This document shows, one piece after another, positions 12,688-26,953 of a stretch of 64,000 nucleotides of DNA. The notes under the pieces were generated by a model. The model was not told the DNA's origin, made no database searches, and saw only the letters and a program-made list of their open reading frames with translations. Position 1 is the stretch's first letter, and every line of letters starts with the position of its first letter. This DNA comes from Mobula hypostoma (taxonomy: Eukaryota): NCBI RefSeq assembly GCF_963921235.1, contig NC_086097.1:100318001-100382000 (forward strand), in the 5' to 3' direction. The position numbers and the translations under genes were made by a program.

Positions 12688-15600
12688 TACTTATACTTTA
12701 TATACTTTATACTTTATTGTTGCCAAACAACTGGTACTAGAACATACAATCATCACAGAGGTATTTGATTCTCCGCTGCACACTCCCTGGATTACAAATA
12801 TTAAATATTAAAAATAGTAAAAATTAGTAAATATTAAAAATTTAAATTGTAAATCATAAATAGAAAATAGAAAAATGGAAAGTAAGGTAGTGCAAAAAAA
12901 CCGAGAGGCAAGTCTGGATATTTGGAGGGTACGGCCCAGATCCGGGTCAGGATCCGTTCAGCAGTCTTATCACTGTTGGAAAGAAGCTGTTCCCAAATCT
13001 GGCCGTATGAGTCTTCAAGCTCCTGAGCCTTCTCCTGGAGGGAAGAGGGACGAAAAGTGTGTTGGCTGGGTGGGTCGTGTCCTTGATTATCCTGGCAGCA
13101 CTGCTCTGACAGCGTGCTGTGTAAAGTGAGTCCACGGACAGAAGATTGGTTTGTGTGATGTGCTGCGCCGTGTTCATGATCTTCTGCAGCTTCTTTCGGT
13201 CTTGGACAGGACAACTTCCATACCAGGTTGTGATGCACCCTAGAAGAATGCTTTCTACGGTGCATCTATAAAAATTAGTGAGGGTTTTAGGGGACAGGCC
13301 AAATTTCTTTAGTTTTCTCAGGAAGTAAAGGTGCTAGTGGGCCTTCTTAGACGAGGGAATTAAATGCAGCATCTCCAAGTTTGTGGATGACACGAAGCTG
13401 GGTGGCAGTGTTAGCTGTGAGGAGGATGCTAAGAGGATGCAGAGTGACTTGGATAGGTTAGGTGAGTGGGCAAATTCAAGGCAGATGGAATTTAATGTGG
13501 ATAAATGTGAGGTTATCCACTTTGGTGGCAAAAACAGGAAAACAGATTATTATCTGAATGGTGGCCGATTAGGAAAAGGGGAGGTGCAACGAGACCTGGG
13601 TGTCATTATACACCAGTCATTGAAAGTGGGCATGCAGGTACAGCAGGCAGTGAAAAAGGCGAATGGTATGCTGGTATTCATAGCAAGAGGATTCGAGTAC
13701 AGGAGCAGGGAGGTATTACTGCAGTTGTACAAGGCCTTGGTGAGACCACACCTGGAGTATTGTGTGCAGTTTTGGTCCCCTAATCTGAGGAAAGACATTC
13801 TTACCATAGAGGGAGTACTAAGAATGTTCAGCAGATTGATTCCTGGGATGGCAGGACTTTCATATGATGAAAGACTGGATCGACTAGGCTTATATTCGAT
13901 GGAAATTTAGAAGATTGATGGGGGGGATCTTATTGAAACATATAAAATCCTAAAGGGATTGGACAGGCTAGACGCAGGAAGAGTGTTCCCGATGTTGGGG
14001 AAGTCCAGAGCGAGGGGTCACAGTTTAAGGACAAAGGGGAAGCCTTTTAGGACTGAGATGAGGAAAAACTTCTTCACTCAGAGAGTGGTGAATCTGTGGA
14101 ATTCTCTGCTACAGGAAACAGATGAGGCCAGTTCATTGGCTATATTTAAGAGGAAGTTAGATATGGCCCTTGTGGCTAAAGGGATTAGCGGGTATGGAGG
14201 GAAGGCAGGTGCAGGGTTCTGAGTTGGATGATCAGCCATGATCGTACTGAATGGCGGTGCAGGCTCGAAGGGCCGAATGGCCTACTCCTGCACCTATTTT
14301 CTATGTTTCTATGTCTTTTGGCAGTGAACTCTGCTTGGTTAGACCAAGTCAGGTCATTTGTGATATTGACCCCGAGGAACATAAAGCTTTTGACCTGTTC
14401 TACTTGCGCACCACTGATGTAAATGGGGTCGTACGGTCCGCTACTCCTTCTGAAGTCAACAACCAATTCCTTCGTCTTGCTGATGTTGAGGGATAGGTTA
14501 TTATCTTCGCACCATGCCACCAGGTTCTTAATTTCCTCTCTGTACTCAAACTCATCATTACCCGAGATACGGCCTATAATTGTTGTGTCATCAGCAAACT
14601 TATATATTGAGTTTGATGGAAACTTTGCTACACAATCATGGGTGTACAGTGAGTACAGCAGGGGGCTGAGTACACAGCCTTGTGGGGCACCGGTGCTCAG
14701 AGTGATTTTAGAGGACAGCTTGTCCCCTATTTTTACAGCCTGTGTCCTGTCTGTCAGGACGTTGAAGATCCAGCTGCAGATCTGAGTGCTAAGGCCCAGG
14801 TTCCAGAGCTTAGGAATCAGTTTATTTGGAATGATGGTATTAAAGGCAGAGCTGTAGTCAATGAAAAGAAGCCTTACGTATGCGTCTTTATTCTCCAGGT
14901 GTTCTAAGGAGGAATGTAGAGCCAAAGAGATGGCACCTGCCTTTGACCTGTTGCTCCGGTAGGGGAATTGCAAAGCGTCGAGGTTGACCGATAGGCTGTG
15001 GTTGATGTGTGCCATAACTAATCACTCGAAGCACTTCATAGCAATTGATGTCAGAGCCACAGGTCAATAGTCATTCAGGCATGCCACCTTGCTCTTCTTC
15101 GGCACTGGGATTATCGTTGCCTTCTTAAAACACAAGGGGATCTTAGACTGAAGCAAGGAGCAGTTGAAGATGTCAGCAAATACTCCAGCTAGCTCGCTTG
15201 CACAGGCCTGGAGAACCCGTCCTGGGACGCCATCTGGGCCCATCGCCTTCCTTGGATTTATTTTCAGGAAGGCCCTTCTAACATCCTCCTCGGTGACGAT
15301 GAATCTCGATGCCACCAGGTCCAGTTCATCCGGAGGGAGCAGGACGTTCCTCTTCTGTTCGAATCTTGCGTAGAATACGTTAAGTTCATCAGGAAGAGAA
15401 ATGCCACAGTTATTGATATTCCCAGCCTTTTCTTTGCACGCAGTGATCTCATTTAGACCCTGCCATAGTCTACTGGCATCCCTTTGGTTAGCCTGGGCTT
15501 CCAACTTTGCTCGATATTGCCTCTTGGCGCCTTTAATGGCTTTCAGGAGTTCATGCCTGGATTCCATGTAGCGATTGGTATCCCCGGACCAAAAAGCCGC

Positions 15601-17338
15601 AGCTCTAGCCTTTAAAAGGGACTTGACCTCATAATTCATCCAAGGTTTCCGGTTAGGGAATACCCGAATCATCTTTCGAGACGCACAGTCTTCCGTGCAT
15701 TTCCAGATAAATTTCCATGACAGCTGAGGCATACTCATTGAGGTTAGCTGCCGAGTCCTTGAATACTAACCAGTCCACCGATTCAAAGCAGTCACGGAGG
15801 ACCTCATCCGTTTCCTCTGTCCAACGCGACACTACTTTTGACACCGTGACCTCCCGCTTCAGTTTCTGTTTGTAAGCCGGGAGGAGGAGTACGGCCTGAT
15901 GGTCGGATTTTCCCAAGTGAGGTCATGGGACGGAACAGTAGGCATCCTTGACTGCTGTGTAGCAATGGTCAAGTATATTCGGGCCTCTAGTGGGGCAGGA
16001 GACATGTTGGTATAACTTTGGCAGCGCCTTTCTGAGGTTGGCCTGGTTAAAGTCCCTGGCTGTAATGAGCAAAGCCTCCGGACACCTGGTCTCAAGTTCA
16101 CTGATGTTGGCATACAGTATGTTCAGAGACAACTCCACGTCTGCCTGGGGGGGGCGGAATGTAGACCGCCGTCAATATGACCAAGGTGAATTCCCGTGGC
16201 AGATAGTAGGGACGACACTTCACCGACAGGTGTTCCAGGTCCAGGCTGCAGGAGCTTGTCAGTGCCACTGTGTCCGAGCACCACCCAGTGTTGATCAGTA
16301 GACTGACACCACCTCCCCTCGTCTTGCCCAAAGACACCGTGAGGTCCATCTGATGGATCGAAAATCCCTCCGGTCGGATGGCACAGTTGGGGGTGGCAGG
16401 GGAGAGCCAGGTCTCGGTGAAACAGAATATGCAGCAGTTCTGCATCTCCCTGCAGTAGGTGAGTCTCCCTTTAAGATCATCCACCTTGTTCTCTGTGGCT
16501 TGCACATTAGCTAGTAGGATGGTGGGCATAGGGACCCCGAAGCCCCTCAGCTTCAATCTGACCAGCAGCCCAGCTCTTTTCCCACGCTTCCTCAGTAAAT
16601 AATGCATCTTTCCAGGTTTCCATTGATGCAGTGTGTTGTTGTCAGCTCTTTGAGGTAGGTGGACGCATCCTGCGGGGATGGATCGGTGGGTCGTGTCGTC
16701 GTGCGCTCCGGATTGGGCCGAGTAACGGGGGAGGCTCCACTGCCACTTCCAGCTGTAGGGGGCCCGGGCTGTCGATTGGGTTGGGCCCCAAAGCTGACAC
16801 TTAATCCCGGATGGCTGGGCTCCTGGCTGAAACAAGTCCTTAAGCCGAGTCATGGTTGTGGAGACCTCCGCTCCAGCCGAGCCTCGGGCTCGATTTCCGA
16901 GGTCAGTGGCGGAGGCCTCACTTCCGGCAGCTGTGGATGGCCACCAACGGGGCTTTATGATGGTCGCTCCGGGGAAGCGTCTGGAGTGCCTTGAGGTCTC
17001 CGCCGTCACTTCAGTGTGGTCGTCTGCTCTGGAGAGGTGCTGGTCGGAATGGGCCGTGTCTCCAAGCGCTCCGGCACGGTAGCAGACCGTGGGTCTCCGG
17101 GAACATGGTGGGCCTCGCTGGTCGGGTCCAGGTGCGGTCTGGAGTTTAAGAAGCAGTTCTGGTGCGGTGGTCTCCAGCCGGGTCAGTAGCTTCGCCAGGG
17201 TGTTGTTGATCTTGATCTTGCTAGATTGGAGGTTTAAAAGGGTTTCTCGGGTATAGGATAGTGGAGAGGGCAGTTTGCTCGGAAGAGCACGCTCAAAGTC
17301 GCCAGTTACCGGCGCCATCTTTAACGAATTTTTCTCTT
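12688..17338 (-). mobile_element. Apparently full-length Rex1/Babar-type LINE (5' leader/ORF1-like region, AP endonuclease, RT), interrupted by a CR1
   Basis: Begins near aagatggcgccgg. Endonuclease motifs ILLANVQ, FTETWL, SDHQAV; RT motifs [34 protein letters not shown]. (taaagta)n-like tail. TSD GAACTA at 12682-12687 / 17339-17344. Confidence 0.88.
13349..14314 (+). mobile_element. Young-family CR1 3' fragment nested in the Rex1/Babar element
   Basis: DDTKLGGSV...LVRPHLEYCVQFWSP, ending in (ttctatgt)n. Very similar to 24200-25171. Confidence 0.92.
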
Positions 17339-17489
17339 GAACTACTCTTGTGTCGCCAATGTAAAGGGGGGTCTGAGTGGTGCGAGTTCTCCTGAAGTTG
17401 ATACCATTTCCTTTGCCTTGTTGACATTGAGGTCTGCCTGGCACCAGACCTCGAGCTCTTCCACCTCTGTCTTTGTACTTCCATCTTTG

Positions 17490-18325
17490 TACTACCGTCG
17501 GCGAACTTAGCCACAAAGCCACCAGTTCAATCATCCAAATCATAGACGTGAAAAGTAGCGGTTCCAACATCGAACTCTGTGGACCACTAGTCTCCGGCAG
17601 CCAACCAGAGAAGGTCCCCTTTATACCTAATCTTTGCCTTCTGCCTGTCAGCCAATCTTCTATCCATGCTCCTATCTTTCCTGTAATATCGTGGTCTGTT
17701 ATCTCGTTTAGCAGCCTCATGTGGCACCTTGTCAAAAACCTTCTGAAAATCCAAGTACACAACATCAACTGACTCTTCTTTATCTATCCCATCTGCTATT
17801 TACTCAGAGAATTACAACAGGTTTGTCAGGCAAGATTTCCCGCCATGATTGACTTCGGCCTATTTTACCCTGTTCCTCCAAGTACATTGAGACCCCATCC
17901 TCAATCATGGACATGTCAACCCCTGAAGTCAGGCTAACTGAACTGGCCTATAATCTCCTGTCATTTGTCCCCCCCGCCTTTTAAAAAGCAGAATGACATT
18001 TGCAATTTTCTAGTCCTCAGGAACCACTCTAGAATCTAGTGATTCTACTAATGGCTCCAGAATCTCCTCAGGTGATTCTTTCAGAACCCTGCAGTGTGGT
18101 CCATCTGGTTCAGGTGACCTTCAGAACTTTCAACTTTCCAAGCATCTTCTCCTTGGTGACTACATTCACTTCTGCCCCCAACACTGTCAAGTTTCTGGCT
18201 TATTCAGTCCGTCTGCCATTTCTTTGTTCCCCTATTACTACCTCTCCAGTGTCACTTTCCAGCAATCCGATGTCTACTCTTGCCTCTCTTTATATAGTTG
18301 AAAAATCTTTGGCGTCCTCTTCGGC
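17490..18325 (-). mobile_element. Degraded CR1 RT fragment
   Basis: WIEDWLTGRRQRLGIKG...GPQSSMLEP-type sequence. Confidence 0.75.
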
Positions 18326-19499
18326 ACACCTTGCCTTGCACTGCCCTGTCTTTCCAACTGCTCCTGTGACTAGTGACAATGTGAACAAATCCTTCCTCTT
18401 TTGGAACCCAGCCCAAGTGAATCTCCGGATAACCATGTGTGGGGGCGCTCATACCGAGATCTGGTGAGCAAGGTGGGTTGGTTAAACGTTAACAATTCCT
18501 TTCCTCACACGGATGCTACTAAGCTCCAGCAGAGTGTTTGTTGCTCCTTCTGATTGGTGCTGCCCAGAACAATGTGGTGACTTGGGCCAGAATCCCAACC
18601 AGCTGGCCTGCTGTCAACAGAAACACTGCCTTAACATTGGAGCGCATAATGTACAGGAGGCCACATTGACCCTTAGACTAATCCCACTCCCCACCAACAC
18701 CCCAGATTCTACCTCTTACCCACACATCTGGGGCAATTTACAGTGGTCAGTTAAGCCACTGGCCTGCACAACTGGGATGTGAGAGGAAACCAGAGGTACT
18801 CACAGGGAGAATGAACACCAGCAGTACTCGAGATCGGGACCAAGCTCCGATGCTCAGCATTGTGAGATAGCGGCTTATCCTGCTGTCACAGTGCTGCCCT
18901 TCTTTCCTGCTACTTGTTAACAGGAGAGTTATTAAATGTAAAAACAAAAACGGGAAGCTAGGGCTTTTCTCTTTGGAGGCACAGATCATGTGGAAAGCCA
19001 GGGTGACAGGGCCTGTAATGTTCTATATTTTGAATGAAACCTTGGCCATATTCACTTTGATCATTTGGCCTTGATAGGGATGGTGGGCAGAGGCTTTGCA
19101 GCCCCTCAATACTGCTCACTGCTCAACATCATAAGCCTGAATGTATAAGATACACTGTAAATGGTGTGTATTGCTTAACAATGCTTTGCCAATCTGGTGA
19201 TAAATTCCATCTGTCCCTGCATTCGCACGCATAGGCAAAGAGCTTTGAGCTCCACTCTACTTTCTGGTCTTGCATCAGTGAACTCTAATAGTTCTGTGTG
19301 ATCAAACCATCTCTGGCACACATCCAGTAATGTAAGGCTGTGGTTTTGTATTTGACTGCAGGGAATCTTAAATATGGATACACAGCAATGCCTCCCTGAA
19401 CTCATTTGCAAATATTTCTTTCTTCTGCTTTGTTTTGCATTTTATTATGATTTGGTTTTCTGAGCTACTATCTTTTAATTATTAGGCATATTATACTTC

Positions 19500-20440
19500 T
19501 CGTATATCTTCTCCAGTCCTGGTGACTTATCCATCTTGATGCTTTCCAATAGCTCCAGCACATTCTCTTTCTTAATGTCTATATGCTCAAGCTTTTCAGT
19601 CCACTGTAAGTCATCCCTAAAATCACCAAGGTCCTTTTCTGTAGTGAATACTGAAGCAAAGTATTCATTAAGTACCTCCACTATCTCCTTTGGTTCCATA
19701 CACACTTTTCCACTGTCCCACTTGATTGATCCTATTCTTTCACATCTCATCCTCTTGCTCTTCACATACTTGTAGAATGCCTTGGGGTTTTATTTAATCC
19801 TGCTCGTCAAGGCTTTCTCATGGCCCCTTCTGGCTCTCCTAGTTTCATTCTTAAGCTCCGTCCTGCTAGCATTATAATCTTCTAGATCTCTATCATTTTT
19901 GAACCTTTCATAAGCTCTTCTTTTCTTCTTGACTAGCTTTTCAACAGCCTTTGTACACCACGGTTCCTGTACACTACTGTGGTTTCCCAGTCTCATTGGA
20001 ACAAACCTATGCAGAACTCCATGCAAATATCCCCTGCACATTTGCCTAATTTCTGCCATACATTTCTCTGAGAACATCTGCTCCCAATTTATACTTCCAA
20101 GTTCCTGCTTGATAGCCTCATATTTCCCCTTACTCTAATTAAACACTTTCCTAACTTTTCTGTTCCTATCCCTCTCCAATGCTATGATAAAGAAGACAGA
20201 GTTGTGATCACTATCTCCAAAATGCTCTCCCACTGAGAGATCTGATGCCTGACCAGGTTCATTTCCCAATGCCAGATCAAGTACAGCCTCTCCTCTTGTA
20301 GGCTTATCTACATATTGTGTCAGGAAACCTTCCTGAACACACCTGACAAACTCCACCCCATCTAAACCCCTTGCTCTAGGAAGATGCCAGTCAATATTGG
20401 GGAAATTAAAATCTCTCGTAACGACAACCCTGTTATTATT
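19500..20440 (-). mobile_element. CR1 ORF2 fragment (endonuclease to linker)
   Basis: ORFs containing EFVRCVQEGFLTQYVDKPTRGEAVLDL...SDHN and LNEYFASVFT...KSPG. Confidence 0.85.
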
Positions 20441-21149
20441 CTCCCTGTGAACCTATCGTTTCTCCTGGGTGTTCCAGTTTCCCTCCAGTCCCAAAGTTGT
20501 ATGGGTTGGTGGGTAGGTAAATTATCCCCTGTGGGTGGGGAGGAGGTGAAATCTTGGTGGGAGTGGGGGGAGTTGATGGAAACGTGCGAAAGAATGTGTT
20601 ACTCAGAAGCGGAGAGCGTGATTGATGGACTGTTCTGAGAGCTCCAGTGTTTTTTGTTGAGGATTGATTGTAGATAGATTTATGCAGAGGTGGAACAGAG
20701 AAAGGAATTCGGGTTATGGAGTGTTGGTCACACCTCGGCTGGATCCTGGGTTGGGAATATGTCAGGAGGGCAAAAGATTTGATGGAATGAACCCTACATA
20801 AACCAGCAGGAGTGGGCCATTCAGTCCAGTATACCTGTACTGATCATGATGCCAATTTAAAAAATCCCATTCATCTGCACACAGTCTGTTTCTTTCCCTG
20901 CGTTCCCCGCCTGTTTGTGTGTCTGTCAAAATGCCTCTTAAATGTCTCTCTATTATATAGCCTCTGCTGTCATCCTGACAGCTCATTCCAGGTGCTCACC
21001 ACACTCTGTAAAAAAAACCTACACCACACATCTGAAACTTTCCCCCTCATCTTAAAGCTATGCCCTGTAGGATTTCACATTTCTACCCTGGGGAAAGGTC
21101 CCACAGGCCTACAATGCATGTTCCAGCTGTCTAACTGCCCCTATTAATC

Positions 21150-21370
21150 CATTGAACACATAACCTCATCAACGTATCCCCATAGCAACCCTGGCCTCAC
21201 CCTATCACAGATATTCCCTTTGTCCTGTCCATCTCTCCCACCTACTTTGTAACTGGATTTCCTTTTTCCCAGTTCTGATGAATGGTCTCTGACCTGAAAC
21301 ATTGACTGCTCCTTTCATCACAGATGCCACCTGGCCTACTAAGTGTTTCTGGCATTTCCTCATGCTATTA
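21150..21370 (+). mobile_element. Penelope-like pseudo-LTR remnant with a hammerhead-like motif
   Basis: cagttCTGATGAatggtctctgacctGAAACattgactg at 21270-21308, followed by acagatgccacctggcctactaag, similar to the Penelope tail at 55690-55820. Confidence 0.6.
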
Positions 21371-22351
21371 CAGGTTTGGTAAGTGCATTGGAATATCTTT
21401 CTTTTTCAATATTTTTATTATTAATTTCTACATAGAAGAATACAGAGTACAAGAAGTATATGTCAAAAAAAGATAAAAATAATACCAATACGTATTTGAA
21501 TCACACTTGCAACCTCATTACTCTATATTCATGTAAATTAAATTAAATCATAATATTGAAATATGATAATTTTATTATTATACAAAAAAAATCTGAACCC
21601 ACTACCAAGATCGAAGTTGCTTGGTAAAGAAAGAAAGAAGGAAAAAAAATCCTTATCATAGAGTGAAATATGTTATTAGCCAACATCTGTACTTTAACAA
21701 CAAATCAAAGATTTTGACAATAGTTCAAAAATGGTCCCCACAATGTGTGAAAGTCTTGGCTAGATTCAGAAATTGAACAACGGATCTTTTCTAAATTTAA
21801 GCATGACATAACATTACTTAACCATTGAGCGTGAGTAGGCGGAACAACATCCTTCCATTTAAGCAAGAGCGTCCTCCTAGCTATAAGAGAAATAAAAGCC
21901 AAGATGTGCAAATCAGATGTCTCCAGAATAATATCTTTTTCCCCAACAATACCGAATAAGGCAGTCAAAGGGTTAGGCTTAAAATTTACTTTGAAGAGTA
22001 CAGAGGAAGTTTGAAATACTTCCTTCCAGTATTTCCCAAGACTCAGACATGTCCAAAACATATGAATTAGTGAAGCTTCTCCATTATTACATCAATCACA
22101 AAAGGGAGATATATCCAAATAAAAACAAAATAGCTTATCCTTGGTCATGTGGGCCCTATGGACCACTTCAAATTGTAAGAGGGAGTGTCAGGCATGTAAC
22201 GATGAAGTGTTAACCAATTAAAAAATTTCATTCCAAGTTTCCTCAGAAATTGAAGTCTGTAAATCTTGTTCGCAAAGATTTTTAATTCTGTTTAAAAGAG
22301 CATTTCTCATTCCCAGCAACATACCGTAAATATTAGATATTGAACCATTAT

Positions 22352-25171
22352 AGTTGGGATCACAGAGCCATGGCTCCAGGGTGACCAGGTATGGGAGCTC
22401 AACGTTCAGGGATATTCAATATTCAGGAGGGATAGACATGAAGGAAGGGGAGGTGGGGTGGCGTTGCTGGTTAAAGAAGAGATTAACGCAATAGAAAGGA
22501 AGGACATAAGCCGGGAAGATGTGGAATCGATATGGGTAGAGCTGCGTAACACTAAGGGGCAGAAGACGCTGGTGGGAATTGTGTACAGGCCACCTAACAG
22601 TAGTAGTGAGGTCGGAGATGGTATTAAACAGGAAATTAGAAATGTGTGCAATAAAGGAACAGCAGTTATAATGGGTGACTTCAATCTACATGTAGACTGG
22701 GTGAACCAAATTGGTAAAGGTGCTGAGGAAGAGGATTTCTTGGAATGTATGCGGGATGGTTTTTTGAACCAACATGTCGAGGAACCAACTAGAAAGCAGG
22801 CTATTCTGGACTGGGTTTTGAGCAATGAGGAAGGGTTAATTAGCGATCTTGTCGTGAGAGGCCCCTTGGGTAAGAGTGACCATAATATGGTGGAATTCTT
22901 CATTAATATGGAGAGTGACATAGTTAATTCAGAAACAAAGGTTCTGAACTTAAAGAGGGGTAACTTTGAAGGTATGAGATGTGAATTAGCTAAGATAGAC
23001 TGGCAAATGACACTTAAAGGATTGACGGTGGGTATGCAATGGCAAGCATTTAAAGGTTGCATGGATGAACTACAACAATTGTTCATCCCAGTTTGGCAAA
23101 AGAATAAATCAAGGAAGGTAAATGCACCCGTGGCTGACAAGAGAAATTAGGGATAGTATCAATTCCAATGAAGTAGCATACAAATTAGCCAGAGAAAGTG
23201 GCTCACCTGAGGACTGGGAGAAATTCAGAGTTCAGCAGAGGAGGACAAAGGGCTTAATTAGGAAGGGGAAAAAAGATTATGAGAGAAAACTGGCAGAGAA
23301 CATAAAAACGGACTGTAAAAGCTTTTATAGATATGTAAAAAGGAAAAGACTGATAAAGACAAATGTAGGTCCCCTGCAGACAGAAACAGGTGAATTGATT
23401 ATGGGGAGCAAGGACATGGCAGACCAATTGAATAATTACTTTGGTTCTGTCTTCACTAAGGAGGACATAAATAATCTTCCAGAAATAGTAAGGGACAGAG
23501 GGTCCAGTGAGATGGAGGAACTGAGTGAAATACATGTTAGTAGGGAAGTGGTGTTAGGTAAATTGAGGGATTGAAGGCAGATAAATCCCCAGGGCCAGAT
23601 GGTCTGCATCCTAGAGTGCTTAAGGAAGTAGCCCAAGAAATAGTGGATGCATTAGTGATAATTTTTCAAAACTCGTTAGATTCTGGACTAGTTCCTGAGG
23701 ATTGGAGGGTGGCTAATGTAACCCCAATTTTTAAAAAAGGAGGGAGAGAGAAACCGGGGAATTATAGACCGGTTAGCCTAACGTCGGTGGTGGGGAAACT
23801 GCTGGAGTCAGTTATCAAGGATGTGATAACAGCGCATTTGGAAAGCGGAGAAATGATCGGACAAAGTCAGCATGGATTTGTGAAAGGAAAATCATGTCTG
23901 ACGATCTCATAGAATTTTTTGAGGATGTAACTAGTAGAGTGGATAGGGGAGAACCAGTGGATGTGGTATATTTGGATTTTCAAAAGGCTTTTGACAAGGT
24001 CCCACACAGGAGATTAGTGTGCAAACTTAAAGCACACGGTATTGGGGGTAAGGTATTGGTGTGGGTGGAGAATTGGTTAGCAGACAGGAAGCAAAGAGTG
24101 GGAATAAACGGGGCCTTTTCAGAATGGCAGGCGGTGACTAGTGGGGTACCGCAAGGCTCAGTGCTGGGACCCCAGTTGTTTACAATATATATTAATGACT
24201 TGGATGAGGGAATTAAATGCAGCATCTCCAAGTTTGCGGATGACACGAAGCTGGGTGGCAGTGTTAGCAGTGAGGAGGATGCTAAGAGGATGCAGGGTGA
24301 CTTGGATAGGTTGGGTGAGTGGGCAAACTCATGGCAGATGCAATTTAATGTGGATAAATGTGAAGTTATCCACTTTGGTGGCAAAAATAGGAAAACAGAT
24401 TATTATCTGAATGGTGGCCGATTAGGAAAAGGGGAGGTGCAACGAGACCTGGGTGTCATTATACACCAGTCATTGAAAGTGGGCATGCAGGTACAGCAGG
24501 CGGTGAAAAAGGCGAATGGTATGCTGGCATTTATAGCGAGAGGATTCGAGTACAGGAGCAGGGAGGTACTACTGCAGTTGTACAAGGCCTTGGTGAGACC
24601 ACACCTGGAGTATTGTGTGCAGTTTTGGTCCCCTAATCTGAGGAAAGACAATCTTTGCCATAGAAGGAGTACAAAGAAGGTTCACCAGATTGATTCCTGG
24701 GATGGCAGGACTTTCATATGAAGCAAGACTGGATGAACTGGGCTTGTACTCGTTGGAATTTAGAAGATTGAGGGGGGATCTGATTGAAACGTATAAGATC
24801 CTAAAGGGATTGGACAGGCTAGATGCAGGAAGATTGTTCCCGATGTTGGGGAAGTCCAGAACGAGGGGTCACAGTTTGAGGATAGAGGGGAAGCTTTTTA
24901 GGACCGAGATTAGGAAAAACTTCTTCACACAGAGAGTGGTGAATCTGTGGAATTCTCTGCCACAGCAAACTGTTGAGGCCAGTTCATTGGCTATGTTTAA
25001 GAGGGAGTTAGATATGGCCCTTGTTGCTACAGGGGTCAGGGGGTATGGAGGGAAGGCTGGGGCGGGGTTCTGAGTTGGATGATCAGCCATGATCATAATA
25101 AATGGCGGTGCAGGCTCGAAGGGCCGAATGGCCTACTCCTGCACCTATTTTCTATGTTTCTATGTTTCTAT
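22352..25171 (+). mobile_element. Young CR1 LINE with nearly complete ORF2 (endonuclease + RT) and a few frameshifts
   Basis: Five overlapping ORFs over 22458-25073 ([46 protein letters not shown]). (ttctatgt)n tail. TSD ATTAT at 22347-22351 / 25172-25176. Confidence 0.95.
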
Positions 25172-26526
25172 ATTATGAAATGGATTCAGATTAAAATTTA
25201 CATCTAATAAGTTCTTATCGGGACTTTTAGGAAATGTATGTAATTGAGATCGCAGAAAGTCTCTAATTTGTAGATATCAAAAAAATGGGGTTTTGGTAAG
25301 CTATACTTAGCTGACAATTGCTCAAACGAAAAGAGACTTCCCCCAAGAAACAAATCCTGGAAGCATTTAATACCCAATTTATTCCATTCTTTAAAAACTA
25401 GATCAGTCATAGAAGGTTTAAAAAAATAATTTGAAAAAGTGGGACTAGAAAGAGAAAATCTCAATAAACCAAAATATTTTCTAAATTGTACCCAGATCCT
25501 CAAAGTATGTTTAACTACCAAATTGTCAGTTAATTTACTTAAAGATAAAGGAAGTGAGGATCCAAGAAGAGAAATGATAGAAAATTTATTAACAGAGTTA
25601 GCTTCTAAAATTACTCATATCGGACAGTCCTCACGGTTAATATAATATGACCAAAACGTAAGGTTTTGTATATTGACTGCCCAGTAATAAAACCTAAAAT
25701 TGGGTAATGCTAAACCTCCATTCTTTTTAGCTTTTTGAAGATGAACTTTATTTAATCGAAAATGTTTATTTTTCCATATATAGGAAGATAGAATAGAATT
25801 AAGAGAATCAAAAAAAGATTTAGGAATGAAAATGTGTAAGTCCTGGAAAGGGTGTATAAATTTAGGTAAGATATTCATTTTAATAGAATTAATTTGGCCA
25901 ACCAACAATAATGACCAGTTTGATAGTGCCCTTTTGCAATAATTCAGTAAAGTAAGAAAATTTTCTTTAAGTAGGTGTTTATAATTCTTAGTAACTGTTA
26001 CACCCAAATAGGTAAGTTGATTTCTTACAATTTTAAAAGGAAGGTTAGTATTGATTGATACCAAATTATTCAAAGGAAAAAGTTCACTTTTATGTAAGTT
26101 CAGTTTGTATCCTGAAAACTGGCTAAAACAGGACAGCAAAGAAAGCACAGGAGGTAACGCAGACTCGACATTAGAAATAAGAAGCAATAGGTCATCAGCA
26201 TAGAGTGAAACTTTGTGAGTAGTACCTCTTCTTAAAATACCAGTAATATCATTAGATTCTTGAAAAGCAATGGCTAAGGGTTCTAAGGCCAGATCAAAGA
26301 GCAAAGGGCTCAGGGGACAACCTTGTCTAGTTCTACGCTGAAGTTTAAATGGTTTGGAATTCTGAAAATTAGTGAGAACCCGAGCAGAGGGAGATAAGTA
26401 AAGTAATTTAATCCATTGAATGAAATTGGGCCCAAAATTAAATTTTTCTAAGGTACTAAATAAATAATTCCATTCAACCCGATCGAAAGCCTTCTCAGCG
26501 TCTAAGGATATCACGCATTCTGATAT

Positions 26527-26953
26527 AACCATATAACAATTACAGCACAGAAACAGGCCATCTCAGCCCTTTTAGTCCGTACCGAACTCTTACTCTCACC
26601 TAGTCCCACCGACCTGCACTCAGCCCATAACCCTCCGTTCCTTTCCTGTCCAGATAGCTATCCAATTTAACTTTAAATGACAATATCAAACCTGCCTCAA
26701 CCACTTCTGCTGGAAGCTCGTTCCACACAGCTACCACCTCTGAGTAAAGAAGTTCTCCCTCATGTTACCCCCTAAACTTTTGCCCTTTAACTCTCAACTC
26801 ATGTCCTCTTGTTTGAATCTCCCCCACTCTCAATGGAAAAAGCCTATCCACGTCAACTCTATCTATCCCCCTCATAATTTTAAATACCTCTATTAAGTCC
26901 CCCCTCAACCTTCTACACTCCAAAGAATAAAGACCCAACTTGTTCAACTTAAA
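26527..26953 (-). mobile_element. CR1 3' fragment nested in the L1 RT
   Basis: LGLYSLECRRLRGDLIEVFK. TSD GATAT at 26522-26526 / 26954-26958. Near-identical to 38760-39165. Confidence 0.9.

Noticed and set aside
16098..17768. 556-aa ORF as a novel protein
   Set aside because: Chimeric read-through across a CR1 fragment, an older Rex fragment and the 5' part of the Rex1/Babar element, shown by the TSD boundary at 17339.
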